Assembly (NCBI RefSeq): GCF_018350175.1
Contig: NC_058368.1
Coordinates: forward strand, 31,994,001 to 32,058,000
DNA: 64,000 nucleotides
Direction: 5' to 3'
Source of the DNA: Felis catus
Taxonomy: Eukaryota
The notes below the pieces were generated by a model that saw only the letters and a program-made list of their open reading frames with translations, was not told the origin of the DNA and did not search any database. The first letter of the stretch is position 1. Every line of letters begins with the position of its first letter. Below, piece by piece: positions 52,421-64,000 of the stretch. The position numbers and the translations under genes were made by a program.

Positions 52421-55400
52421 TATATTCATACAGGGTGCAGGTGGTATAAGAAGTATACTGTACACAATAACTTATCCTTGAGTTAGGCTTTCTAGATATG
52501 AAATCCAATACACTTTATCTGAGATGAATGTCCTTGGACAATTCATTTAACATTGTTTATCTCACTCAGGTGTAACTGGCAGATAATGATAATTTCTACC
52601 TTTTGCAGTTATTGTGGATAGTCAGTGAATCACTACATGTAAATGCCATTGGGGATTTCCAAGATTAAAGCAAGTGTTCCATGGGCATTAGTTCTTTCTG
52701 TGCTATTGGTATTACCATTATGGATAAAACTGAAAAAAATATTTGTTATATAATATCATTTAAAGAACAAGCATAGAAAAAGAACCACAGGAGACTAAGT
52801 AAAAGCAAGAGAAAAAATCCAAGGAGGAGAAAGAAAACAAGAAAGAAAATATATATCTAGTATAAGGTGTTATGATGTAAGAAAAAATAGAGAAGACTGA
52901 GGCAATAACATAAGAAAAACTTGTATTCATAAATGGGCTTGTAAAATTCAATCATTATTACCTTAATGTTCATTCACTAGAGGGATGAACATATTTGGAT
53001 GTTTGAAAAGAGGGGAAAAAAAAGAAAGAAAAATATATGTATGTAGGTTAGTGTCAAGAGAGTATACAATGAAGCATAATATTTTCTGTACATTGCATTT
53101 TTTTCTAAGCTAATTTGGAATTGTTTTTGAGTGACTGGCTTCTACCTGTACAAAGTAGAGTATTTTACAGTAGCTGGCAGTAGAGATGACTTCTTCCAAA
53201 TGAGGAACTTGTTATATATTTCATCTTCAAATCAATACATCACCTTATGAATGGGAATCGAAACCACCTAACTGTATCAGCATGAACATAGGTTTCTTAT
53301 TTTAGGTGTATAAAGAGACTATTGTTATTCTTTTGAGAAAAATCATGCTGTGCAGTTTTTCTGTGTATGTTTTAGAAGCATATGAGGCATGCTGCCAGGG
53401 CTGTTCTATTTGAAAGACTGATTCACTTTGTAAATGTTATAACTGGCCATATTAATGGGCTTGGGGTGGATGTGGATGTTTGGGGTGTTGCAAAGATAAT
53501 AAGGGGGCTCTGATGAATTAAGTATATGTGTTCCTGTGGGGCAATGGAAATAGAATAGAATCATAATGAAATTTCAACCCTGCAGCTGTATTTCACCTAA
53601 AACATTCTGTTCATAGGATTTTTCTCTTCCTTAGGCTGCTAACTAGCTGAGAGGAATATAGAAGATAAGCTTCTCTGAGACAGAAACTCTAATTTCCAAT
53701 GAATAAACTTATTCATATATATAGGTATATATAGTTATATATAAAAATAAACATTTTGCTTTTCAAAAGTTAAGTACCTTACTTAGCAATATTTTATATA
53801 ACAGCATGCTACACGTATTTTAGCATGTGTAATGATCCTTTTAATATAGAGAGAATTATGTGTAGCAGTATCAGTCTTGTTTCCCAGGCAAAATACCAAA
53901 ACTTATTCTCTACTAATTTTTATGTGCTCTTTCATAATAGATGCTATTTTGCAGTTCTTACATCTCCTGGTAGTTTAGTGGTTATGATACAAACTACGGG
54001 AACTTGGTTTGAGGGATTTGGTTGAAAGTTACCTAAGGAATAAAATGTCTTAGATTAGAATCTTTAAAATAATTGTTGACCGCTACCTAATTAGAAACGC
54101 CATTATGAAATATCATATCAATATCACAACCCCCCATAAAGAGCAAACCCTTACATAAACTGGCAGATTGTTTGTTCCAGGTCCTCTACTTGCTTTGCCA
54201 GACGGATTTGTCTGCATATTCCCACATGACCCAGAGACTTGATCCTTACTCTCTTGTCGGGCTTTTCCATATGACCTTCTCTGGCCGATACAACAGGAGA
54301 GGAAGTAATTTCATACCAGTTCTGAGAAGAAGCTTAAAATGCCATGTGTGTTTCTGCCAGTTCTCTGGCAATTTACTCTCTACCGCATTAATGTCATAAT
54401 CCAAAATGAAGTGGCTTCTTTATTCAGGAATCTCCTGGATCCTGAAATGAAAATGGAACATGGAACAGAAGTAGAGCCCTTAGCTTATACATAAGCAAGG
54501 AATAAAACTTTATTGTTAAGCCAACAAGACTTCTTACTACAGTAAAGCTGACTAATATTGTAAGTCTTGTTAAAAACTCTATTGTTTGCTTTGAAAGTAA
54601 ATCAATAAGGACTTTAAGATGAGTAGCAATTACTTCACAATACGCTCCTCTAGGGCAGTGGCTAATTTTAATTTGTATTTGAATCCTCAAGGTTTAATAT
54701 GTAGCATGACACATAATTGGTAATCAATAATTATCCACTGACTGATAGGTTGATCAATGAATGAATAAATGCGTGACTGACTGAAGGATTGATTGAATAA
54801 ACAGCACATCCAGAAATAAGTACATTATATTAGATACTGGAGATTCAATAAGAAATGAATAACCTCAATAGATCATAAGAAGCTCAGGGAAAATTTCATG
54901 AATTAGTGCAAATATATACTGAAAAAAATACAAGTATGAATTCAAAGATCAGGACTCTAACTCATGGCTCATAATGGGTCTAATTAGAGACTACTAGAAA
55001 AGAATAGGAAAATGAATTTCCAAACCAAACACCTCTTACAGTTTCCCTCTGTTACAAGAATGGTATGTTCCTAATGGGGCTGCTTCAGGTTTTTAAATAA
55101 TTAGTCCTTTAAACTTGAAAATGTACAATACTCAATTAGAATTGAAAGCTTTTAAAATTCTTTCTAGCATCAGAAGAACACCACCCTGATTTTTTCACAT
55201 TCCTATACTGTCTACAATATTATTTGTAAAAAAAAAAAAATAGGAATGCATTAAAACAGTCTATAAATTTCATGTGATGTACAAATAATGATTTATGAGT
55301 ACTTCAAAATATACATTGATTCTTTGTATACACTTTAACTTCAGGATAAGTGATATAATTTTAGCAAATATTGTATATTTTATGTCAAGTTATTTTTACA

Positions 55401-56276
55401 TTTTTTCTAACTCAATCAAATGTGCAGAAAACCGTATCATTACCCATGCTCTCTGCATTAGATGAATATTGGAATTTTCACTCAGTTGGGTAGCTAAAGG
55501 GATGCAAAACATTGTCTGGCATCCCAGAAAATAGTCTGCATTTTTTGAGCTACATTATCTGCCTCAGCAAACGCTGTCATTCTGCTTGGTTTTTCACTCC
55601 AAGTTGTCAGCTGCAGGGAAACCCGGATTAAACTATCCAAACTACAAAGCAGGGAAAAAATAATTAAAGCTGTCTGACACTAAACTTACCATGTAGTCTT
55701 TAATTTGTGAAATGGTAAATATTAGCCTCTCCCTTGATCTCTACCATCTAGAATTCCCAGCGGAGAAAGCAATTGGCTTCATTCGTAAAGCTTCTGTGAA
55801 GACAGGCAAGCTATAAAAATGCACCACTTTATCAGAATTCTTTGGAGATTTTATGTGTACACACTTCATTGATTATCAGTTTTCTGATGAGACTTGCTGG
55901 AGTTTAGAAGCCTCCCTAGAAAAAGATTCTTGTTCCCTGGGAAATGAAATCATGGTCTGCTAGCTTGGAAACAACAAATATAGTGAAGTAGAAGTAATGG
56001 GATAAGTGGATTTTGTATGTGGGGTTTAGTAACCATCCTTAGCATCAGCTGATGGACTAGTGAGCATTTCCTGATAAATAATTCAGTGATAAATTTGGGT
56101 GTGAATTTCTTCATGAAATTTTCTTCACCTGTATTTATGCTGTATTTAGAGGAAATTCATTTAACGTATTTCCATAAAAGCATTAATAGTAAGTAATGCA
56201 ATAATATCAGCATTTCCAGATGAATGATTATGGAATAAATGTGAATATATGATTACTTTAAAATGTTGGGAACTAG

Positions 56277-56484
56277 GGAGTCTCCTGGGTGGCTCAGTTG
56301 GTTAAGCGACCGACTCTGGATCTCAGTTCAGGTCATGATCTCGGTCATGAGATCAAACCCCACATTCAGCTCCACTCTGGGTGCGGAGCCTGCTTGGGAT
56401 TCTCTCACTCCTTTTCTCTCTGCACCTTCCCTGCTCACTCCCTCTCCCTCGCTCTCAAAATATATAAACATTTTTGAATATAAT
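56277..56484 (+). mobile_element. CanSINE (older type)
   Basis: cctgggtggctcagttggttaagcg head; flanks aaatgttgggaactaggga / aagtgttggtaactaggga. Confidence 0.94.
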
Positions 56485-57810
56485 AAAGTGTTGGTAACTA
56501 GGGAATGTAAGTAACGCTCAAATATAAAAGCAGTACACAATACAAATCACCTATGTGTGGGTAAAAAAAAAGGATCAGTCATAGAGTAATTTACGGAGTA
56601 GAATGGAACCAACTCTGTAAATCACAACATAACTTTAATGTACCTTTGCTGAGCCACAAATACTTGCATCTCCTCAGTGCACATAGAACATGCAGTAGTA
56701 AAGTTAAGGTAGGATGAAATGCATGTTCTTTTCTCAGAGGCTTATCACTGTAACATTACTACAAAACAGACATCCTGTGCTTTTTTCTTTCTTCCTTTAA
56801 AGTTGTATTCTATTACATTACAATGCTACAATTAATTTAGAACTCTGGTTGCTGAAATGAAATACTATACTGATTAGTCGGTGAACCCAAGAAAAATTGC
56901 ATAATATAAATGTAAATATTACCATTTGTAGAAATTAATCACAACCATTCCGTTTTCCTAAATCAGTAATATGCTAAAACAATCCAAGTCTCTTGATAAT
57001 GTAACTGATTTCTGTAGAGGATATACAGTGAAGAACAGAAATGTGATTTCTGGAAATAGGAGATTAAAACATTCAGAAGACTTAGTTTAAAGAAAAATGA
57101 TTTATAAAATACACTGAAATTTTCAGTATTTTCCCCTTATGTTTTGAAACAAGAATGATAAACCCTAGTTTTGAAATAAGAGTACAGAGTACAAACCAAG
57201 AAAAATTTGAGCATAATATTATAGACTTATTTTAAGGCATAGAAAAAAATCACCTAAGCAAGTTAAATCTGTTTTATTTTTGATCTTGTATATAACTTGA
57301 TTAATTTTTCAATTATAACCTTATGTACTCCTTGCTTTTGCTACTTCACTTAGCTAGCATTTTCTTGGGGATATGCCTGAGTTTTATTTCCTATTATTAT
57401 AAATTTGTCTCAGATTTACTTTCGCAGGCTAACTAGTCCATAATCAAAATATTTTTCTATTCTACCACTCCTTGAGCTGCCTTGGCATTGGCATGTATAT
57501 AGAGGGCCAGACATGTGCATGTGTTACATACGTATGCTCCTCATGAAGTAATAATTAGTATTTCCATTTAAATGTAAAGGAAAGTAACTTCTGTTTTGAG
57601 TTTGCAGTGCCCTTATTATAAAGAATTATTTTCTGTGTTATTTTATTTATAACATACATTTTTATTTCTTCAAGAGACTGATCTCCTAAACATTTTCTGT
57701 TTTCCTCTTGAAATTATACACAGAAGACAAAAATGTAACATAACAAAGTAGTGATGGATCTCTCTCCATGGATATTTTTCTGGTCAAGAATTTGATCTCA
57801 TTCAAATGTG

Positions 57811-57970
57811 ATGTTAAAGAAAAAACAAGTCTGCACTTAGTATGGACAAACTTTATTCAAAGTGATATTGCAAGGGATGGAAAGAGGCTATTGCAGTAGG
57901 GGGAAGGGTTTGACCATAAGAAGTGTAAGTGTTTCTTTCAAGAGTTAGACAAAAACAGTTTTTCTTTTAG
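57811..57970 (-). mobile_element. ERV LTR 3'-end fragment
   Basis: tgttaaagaaaaaac...actttattcaaag resembles the reverse complement of the 3' end of the LTR at 19990-20642. Confidence 0.4.
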
Positions 57971-60900
57971 TTGCCCTGAATTTCAGAGAAGGAATCAGCT
58001 GATAAGGATTTTTAGAAGAAGTGGTTTTAAAGTGTTTAAAATACTTCCTAGTCAACAATGAAAATAACCCTTCTTTACAATCATTTGGGTTCATTATTAA
58101 AATGACAACTTAATAATGTTTTGTGTGTGTGTGTGTCTGTGTTGCACTTCATATGTAATTTCTCCCTCCATTCAGTCTTAAAAAAATATTTTTCTGCACT
58201 CTTGTTAGAAATGTATCACAGCCAATCGTGTGTAATGCATATTTATTTACCAGTATTTTCTTTCTCATTAGTTTGCAGCATCTTGAGAATGGTGTAGTGG
58301 AGAGAAAGTTGACTTTGAATTTCAGGTAAGAACCTTAGTAACTATGCATTTGTCTCTTTAATGTAAGTTCTCACCTGCATTGAGATAATGGGGACTGGAA
58401 CTAACACATGAGGGTAATACAGATGATGAGGACTATAAAGATTTGAGATATAAAAAAATTGGATATCATATATACACATTTTTGTTTTGCTCTACATTTT
58501 TTAATCTACACAAAACATAAATTGCATTGATATTCTAAAAGACAAATATTATGACAGTGGCACAGAGCTTGGTTTCAAAGGTAAACATAAAGTGCCATGA
58601 CTTATAAACTTGGTGTGTTTGTGATTTTCAAAATTTATCATATTTGTTCAGCTCTAAGAAACTACACTTATCTAATCAAGGCAAATAGAAATTCTCTGGT
58701 TATACATTATACTACAAAATAAAGAGAGGTAAACTTTGGTTCATAATGTAAAGAAGTACAACTATGTTAAACGATTTTCCCAAGAAATGTCATCTCTGTT
58801 TTTTGAAAGAGCCTTATGATTAGCACACATGAAGCATTCATAAAAGTCATCTTAATTTTATTATCTATTTACTCTATCTCTATAAAAATGATTGTTAAGG
58901 ACATTTTGGTTGATTATATAAATGTATAAAAGGCACACAAGTTTAAAATTTACATATATATCTATTTTGAAGTAAACAGTTTTCTTTGTATTTCTTGTAT
59001 CTTATATTTAGATATTAAACATTTAGGAAATTAATATATCAATTTGAAATAGTTTATATTGCTTCCAGACATAGAGTTTAACATTTTAAATATTTATGGC
59101 TATACAAATTATTGAGCAATAATGCCATATTCAACTGCCTCCATAGCATTTTACGTATTTGATTTTGTTTATCCTCCCAACAACACTAACTTCATTTTTT
59201 ATGTTAAGCAACTGAGGATGAGAGTGTTTAAAATATATTTCTTTGTTGAGCAGCTAATAAATGCCAAAGCTTGCTTGGATGAAAAATCTAGATATGCTCA
59301 GTTTCCAAATCTGTGAAAGATTTTGCATTCACAGGCACACACACATGTCACTTAGCTCAATATGAATATAATTACCATTAATGTTTATCTAACCTTATAT
59401 TCTGTACACATGGATCATAAATATTTATGCATGTATGGGTATGTTGTGTGGATTTCCATGTATACAATAGTAAAGAGGAAAATAAATTTTCAATTTTATT
59501 TTTCAAATAAATTCACATGAAATGTGGATTACTATAGAATTATTTATATATTCATAATATTTAAGTCGTAAAAATATGTCAATGTACAAAATTATTTGTG
59601 GCTTTGAGGTTCCCATTTAAAATAATGTTTCAGAAAAAAAACAATTGGCTGGGTCATTCATTCCATTTATGTATACATGTCAGGTGTGTGACACGTGATA
59701 ATGAAAACAAAACACAGACATTGAATAAAAAATATAGTAGGCTTTATGTCCTGATCTCGAAATGAAAATGAAATTCCAGTGTTTTTTAAAAGAAACAAAT
59801 TCTAATATAATGAACTAACTTTAAAAGAAAATTATGTTTTATCATTTTTCTACTTTCATAACAGCACATGCTATTTATAAATTGTCTCCCTTTCTGTAGA
59901 TTTGGTACTAACAGTACACATTATATTTATGAAATATCATTTATGACTACTTAGGGTTATGAATTAAAGCATATATATGTTATTTGTATTCTTGTAAAAT
60001 GGAATTCAAAATAATACATCAAAACAACTGCTACCCAAACCTGCATTCATATAGTTAATTGACTGTTAAATTTGGGGAGAAAGCAGCAACTTTTATTATG
60101 CATGCAGATAAGATGCTACTTAGAAATAAATAAAGTGGTAGGAACGTGATTTGTTTCTATAGATTTAAATTTTAGGGCATTATTTACACGCTAGGTGGCT
60201 CTGACTAAAAATAATTTTAGATAATTGTACAATAAATAAATATAAAACTGTAATTTCATGGATGCTATTTCAAACACAATTAACATAAAACAATTATGAA
60301 TATCTTTTCAAAATTAACACAGCAACTCAGGCATAGTTATCTGCAAATGCCACACTGTTATTTTCTTATTTTGTTAGTGAAAACCAATTTAAATTATACT
60401 ATACAAAAATGCATATGCATTGGAAATTTCTGTCACCTGAAAGGTGTTTATATACATTTACTTAACTTGAAAGGTCTTTTTTGCATTTAAATGTCATTAA
60501 CTTATTAATTTTCATGAAAAAAAATAGTTAAAATAGGTTTTTAAGCAAGTGTCTTTATCTTTTATGTTGACTTTTTATACTTTACCTCACAAATTTATCT
60601 CAGGGACCCCAAATTCACTAGTAATTTAAAGAAACTGAAAGACGTGCAAGTCTATAAACCCCCTAGCCATGATCTGTTGCAAGTGAATTTTCAGTTTTTT
60701 AAAATAGTATAAAATGTTCTTGTGATATATGTGTCTTATAAAATATTTTATGGGTATTTAAAATATGTTCAGCACAGTGGTAAATTTAATAAGCACAATA
60801 AGATTTTTCATGTTTAAAATATAGGACATTAGTATTTCCATAAGGGATAAAAATATATGTTTTTAATAGAACATGAAAGAAATATAATACAATTTATTTA

Positions 60901-61208
60901 TGAATAATTAATCTTCTCCTCCCATGGGAATATAAGCATAAATCTTTTAGATAAAAATAGGTTATCTGTCTCTTCATTTTCTTCTACTATTAAATTTCCT
61001 CCTACATTTTAAGGGCAGTTTAAACTTTATCTCTTTCAAAAATTCTCAAAAAAGAATCCATGTACTTTGTGGTTTTATAACACTTGCCTTGTACACACAT
61101 AATTTACAAGCCTATGCTGCTTATTCCTGCTGGTATCAGCCACTCATTGTCATTTTAGCTCCATCAATTGTGCTAAGGCTTAAGAGTTAGCAAACTCTCG
61201 CTTTGGTT

Positions 61209-61214
<6 letters not shown>

Positions 61215-61268
<54 letters not shown>
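61215..61268. repeat. (GA)n microsatellite
   Basis: Directly visible. Confidence 0.98.
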
Positions 61269-61273
<5 letters not shown>

Positions 61274-61673
61274 AAGGAGTGGCCAAATGGAAGTAGAAAA
61301 GAATTAATTAAAAGCTTTGAACCTCTCCTCATGCTCTCTGTATTTGTAGTGTATTCAAAGTTAGATTTTACTACTAATCTAAATAGAAAATAGAATAAAT
61401 ATACCGAGCAAATAACCCTTTAAAGTATTGACAACAATAATCTTTGGTTGACTTGCTATTTGTTAGGTACAGTGTTAATTCTTTGACATACAATTTCTCA
61501 TTTAATTGGATCAGATTAAGGGAAATTATATCTTTACAATGTCATATATTTATATTTATATATGTAATGGAATGCAAAAAATATATCAAAGCAACTGCTA
61601 AAACCTGCATTCATATGGTTTATTAATATAATTTAATATTAGTTTATATATAAAAATAAATATATAATAGTTT

Positions 61674-61871
61674 GGGGGCTCCTGGGTGGCTCAGTCGGTT
61701 AAGCATCTGACTTTGGCTCAGGTCATGATCTTATGGCTCGTGGGTTCGAGCCCTATGTGGAGCTCTCTGCTGTCAGCACAGAGTCCACTTTGGATCCTCT
61801 GTCTTTCTCTCTGCCCCTCCCCGGTTTTTTTCTCTTTCTCAAAATGTAAATAAACATTGAAAAAATATATA
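61674..61871 (+). mobile_element. CanSINE
   Basis: ggggctcctgggtggctcagtcggttaagc head; TSD atatataatagttt. Confidence 0.95.
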
Positions 61872-61962
61872 TATATATAATAGTTTATGTGTATGATATT
61901 ATACATATAATTGTTATATATGTCCTGTATATGTAATGTTATTATCTCTATTTAAGGGAATT

Positions 61963-62183
61963 AAAAAAAAATTTTTTTTCAACGTTTATTTATTTTTGGG
62001 ACAGAAAGAGACAGAGCATCAACGGGGGAGGGGCAGAGAGAGAGGGAGACAACGGAATCTGAAGCAGGCTCCAGGCTCTGAGCTGTCAGCCCAGAGCCCG
62101 ACGCGGGGCTCGAACTCACGGACCGTGAGATCGTGACCTGGCTGAAGTCGGACGCTTAACCGACTGCGCCACCCAAGCGTCCC
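61963..62183 (-). mobile_element. Young CanSINE (SINEC_Fc-like)
   Basis: CpG-intact; TSD tatttaagggaatt on both sides. Confidence 0.96.
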
Positions 62184-63519
62184 TATTTAAGGGAATTTAA
62201 AGGCATTCAGGTAAAGAACCAGAAATGGAGTATGCCTGACTTTTAAGTTGCCATTTATTTTTTTAAGTCTGAATTTATAAACACTACAATATATATAATC
62301 CATAAAAAATCTATTGAGTACCTACTGTGCTTAAAAATATCCCAAAACATTGTGGAAAATATAAAAAATGATTAGGTAAAAATACAGTAATCAAAATCTT
62401 GCCAAATACATGTGGAAATTAAATCACCACATATTAACTTTAGTGACTTCAGCGTCTGTCACACAAACAAATGGAAACCTTCTTATCTTTGCCTACCAAA
62501 TCCAGTTCATAGTGCCCTCTTTGAAGCTCACAGTGCTTTTTCCAAGAAATTTCTTAATGCTTTCTGGCCTCTGTTCCCTTAATATTAAAAAATATTACAA
62601 GGTTTAACACTCCGTGATACTTTTGCTATGTGTTTCCTTAACTTTATTTCTACATGATTATGAGATTCTGGAGAACAGGGTATTGAGGTTTTCTATACAT
62701 TTCCATATGTGTATTATTATGTGCAAACCCTGAGACATAATATTAATAAAATATTTAGAAATAAATGGGAATGTAATTATCATTATACTGTGCTTTCTGT
62801 AGGAATGGTAGAAATATTACAAAGGAAAGGAGATCAGTCAATCTGGTGTAATCAAAGAAAACTTTAAGAAATAACTGAAACAATGATACCATTGGAGAAT
62901 CATTGAACTGTAGATAAATAAAAAAAAAAAAAATCCCAGAAAATATAAGAACATCTAGACTAAGAAAGTAACTGCCATAAGAATATATTTTCCATAAAAT
63001 ATAGAGGATTGAAGTTTTTCCGAAGAAGACACTTTGTACAGAAAACCTGGGTAAATAATAATCAAATTATGAGGGTCAGAAAATGAAGGATCTACAAAGC
63101 AAAGCTATCAAGATGGTTTAATCAATTTCTAGTAGGTGATCAAAGTCACTAAAGAAACTACTTGATCATAAGTGTCAAATGCCAAAAGTAGGAGCTCAAG
63201 AAAATTATTTATGACAGATTTAAAAATTTAAATTAGTAAGATCAGTCTGAGGGAGTTCAATTGTTTAAGCTTGAATTGGGGAGAATCTCCACTTGGAGAA
63301 TAACAATGGCCATGAAGACCAAATTGGATCATATTAAGGACAATTGTAAAACATATTTTAAGACCATAAATTAAATAATTCATGACAGTTTGGATTAGGA
63401 AATGTGGGAAAGGGATGATTCAAATTACAGTCTATAAGGTAGGTAACTGAGGGAATGATGATGATAATGGTCCAGAAATATAGATATTAATATTTAAAGT
63501 CTGTGTTTTAACATGTCAA

Positions 63520-63960
63520 ATTAAAAATTTTTACCATTTTAATTGAAGCACTACAGACATATAGAAGAGTGCACAGATCATAAGTGTACAGTTGAATGGG
63601 CAGAGTAAACACATTTGTGCAAACACGACTGTGGTCAAGTAACATAGCATTATATATTCCCAATTTACTGTTCATCTTTATTACCGTTGTGGGGATTTTA
63701 CACAATTTTTTCTGTGAATATTCTTGCCTAATTCTGTAGGTGCAGTTGTATACCCATTTAGGAAGTTGCTACTCATTGGGTCCATGCATGTTTAAATTTA
63801 ATAGATAAAGTCAAGTAGTATTCCAAAGTCTTATGACAGTTTGTATTCATAATCTGTACCGTATGAGATTCCACTTTCCTTTTGAAATGCCTTTTCTTTC
63901 CTAAATATTTTTTTCTGAGACAGTTATATCATCACTATTTTTGAGAGATGCAGAAGCTAT
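63520..63960 (-). mobile_element. Old L1M 3' UTR fragment
   Basis: ttttaattgaag...acatatagaagagtgcacagatcataagtgtacagttgaatg and ttccaaagt...agtttgtattc. Confidence 0.65.
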
Positions 63961-64000
63961 ATTATTGTAGGTATAAGAATAAATTAGTCCATGATTAACA

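Noticed and set aside
53615..53730. Acceptor-like ttttctcttccttag
   Set aside because: No convincing donor or open frame follows it.
54150..54399. GC-richer block with a 75-aa ORF
   Set aside because: ccagttctgagaagaagcttaaaatgccatgtgtgtttctgc resembles a degraded MLT1 LTR; TTG start.
3096..62136. Many 60-120 aa ORFs of the MAQSVKRPTSAQ... / ...LSLKNK type
   Set aside because: They are translations of CanSINE copies, not genes.

Overview
Mammalian, AT-rich and CpG-depleted genomic DNA, almost certainly from a carnivore and probably a felid. The evidence is about 25 tRNA-derived CanSINEs and carnivore-type L1s. It looks intronic or intergenic: there is no intact host CDS, and nearly all ORFs in the track come from SINEs, L1 remnants or low-complexity sequence. 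The main feature is a 4.85 kb L1 (33612-38459, +) with a perfect target-site duplication (TSD), inserted into a MIR. It has a 5' UTR, ORF1, the endonuclease and the C-terminal part of ORF2, but about 1.15 kb containing the whole reverse-transcriptase domain is deleted. Its tail carries a probable 3' transduction. Other signals are a candidate 222-nt + strand exon (7436-7657), a local ~170-bp duplication split by a SINE, a 64-nt hairpin in apparently unique DNA, and several closely spaced inverted SINE pairs. Repeat subfamily names come from my recall of consensus sequences, not from a database search.
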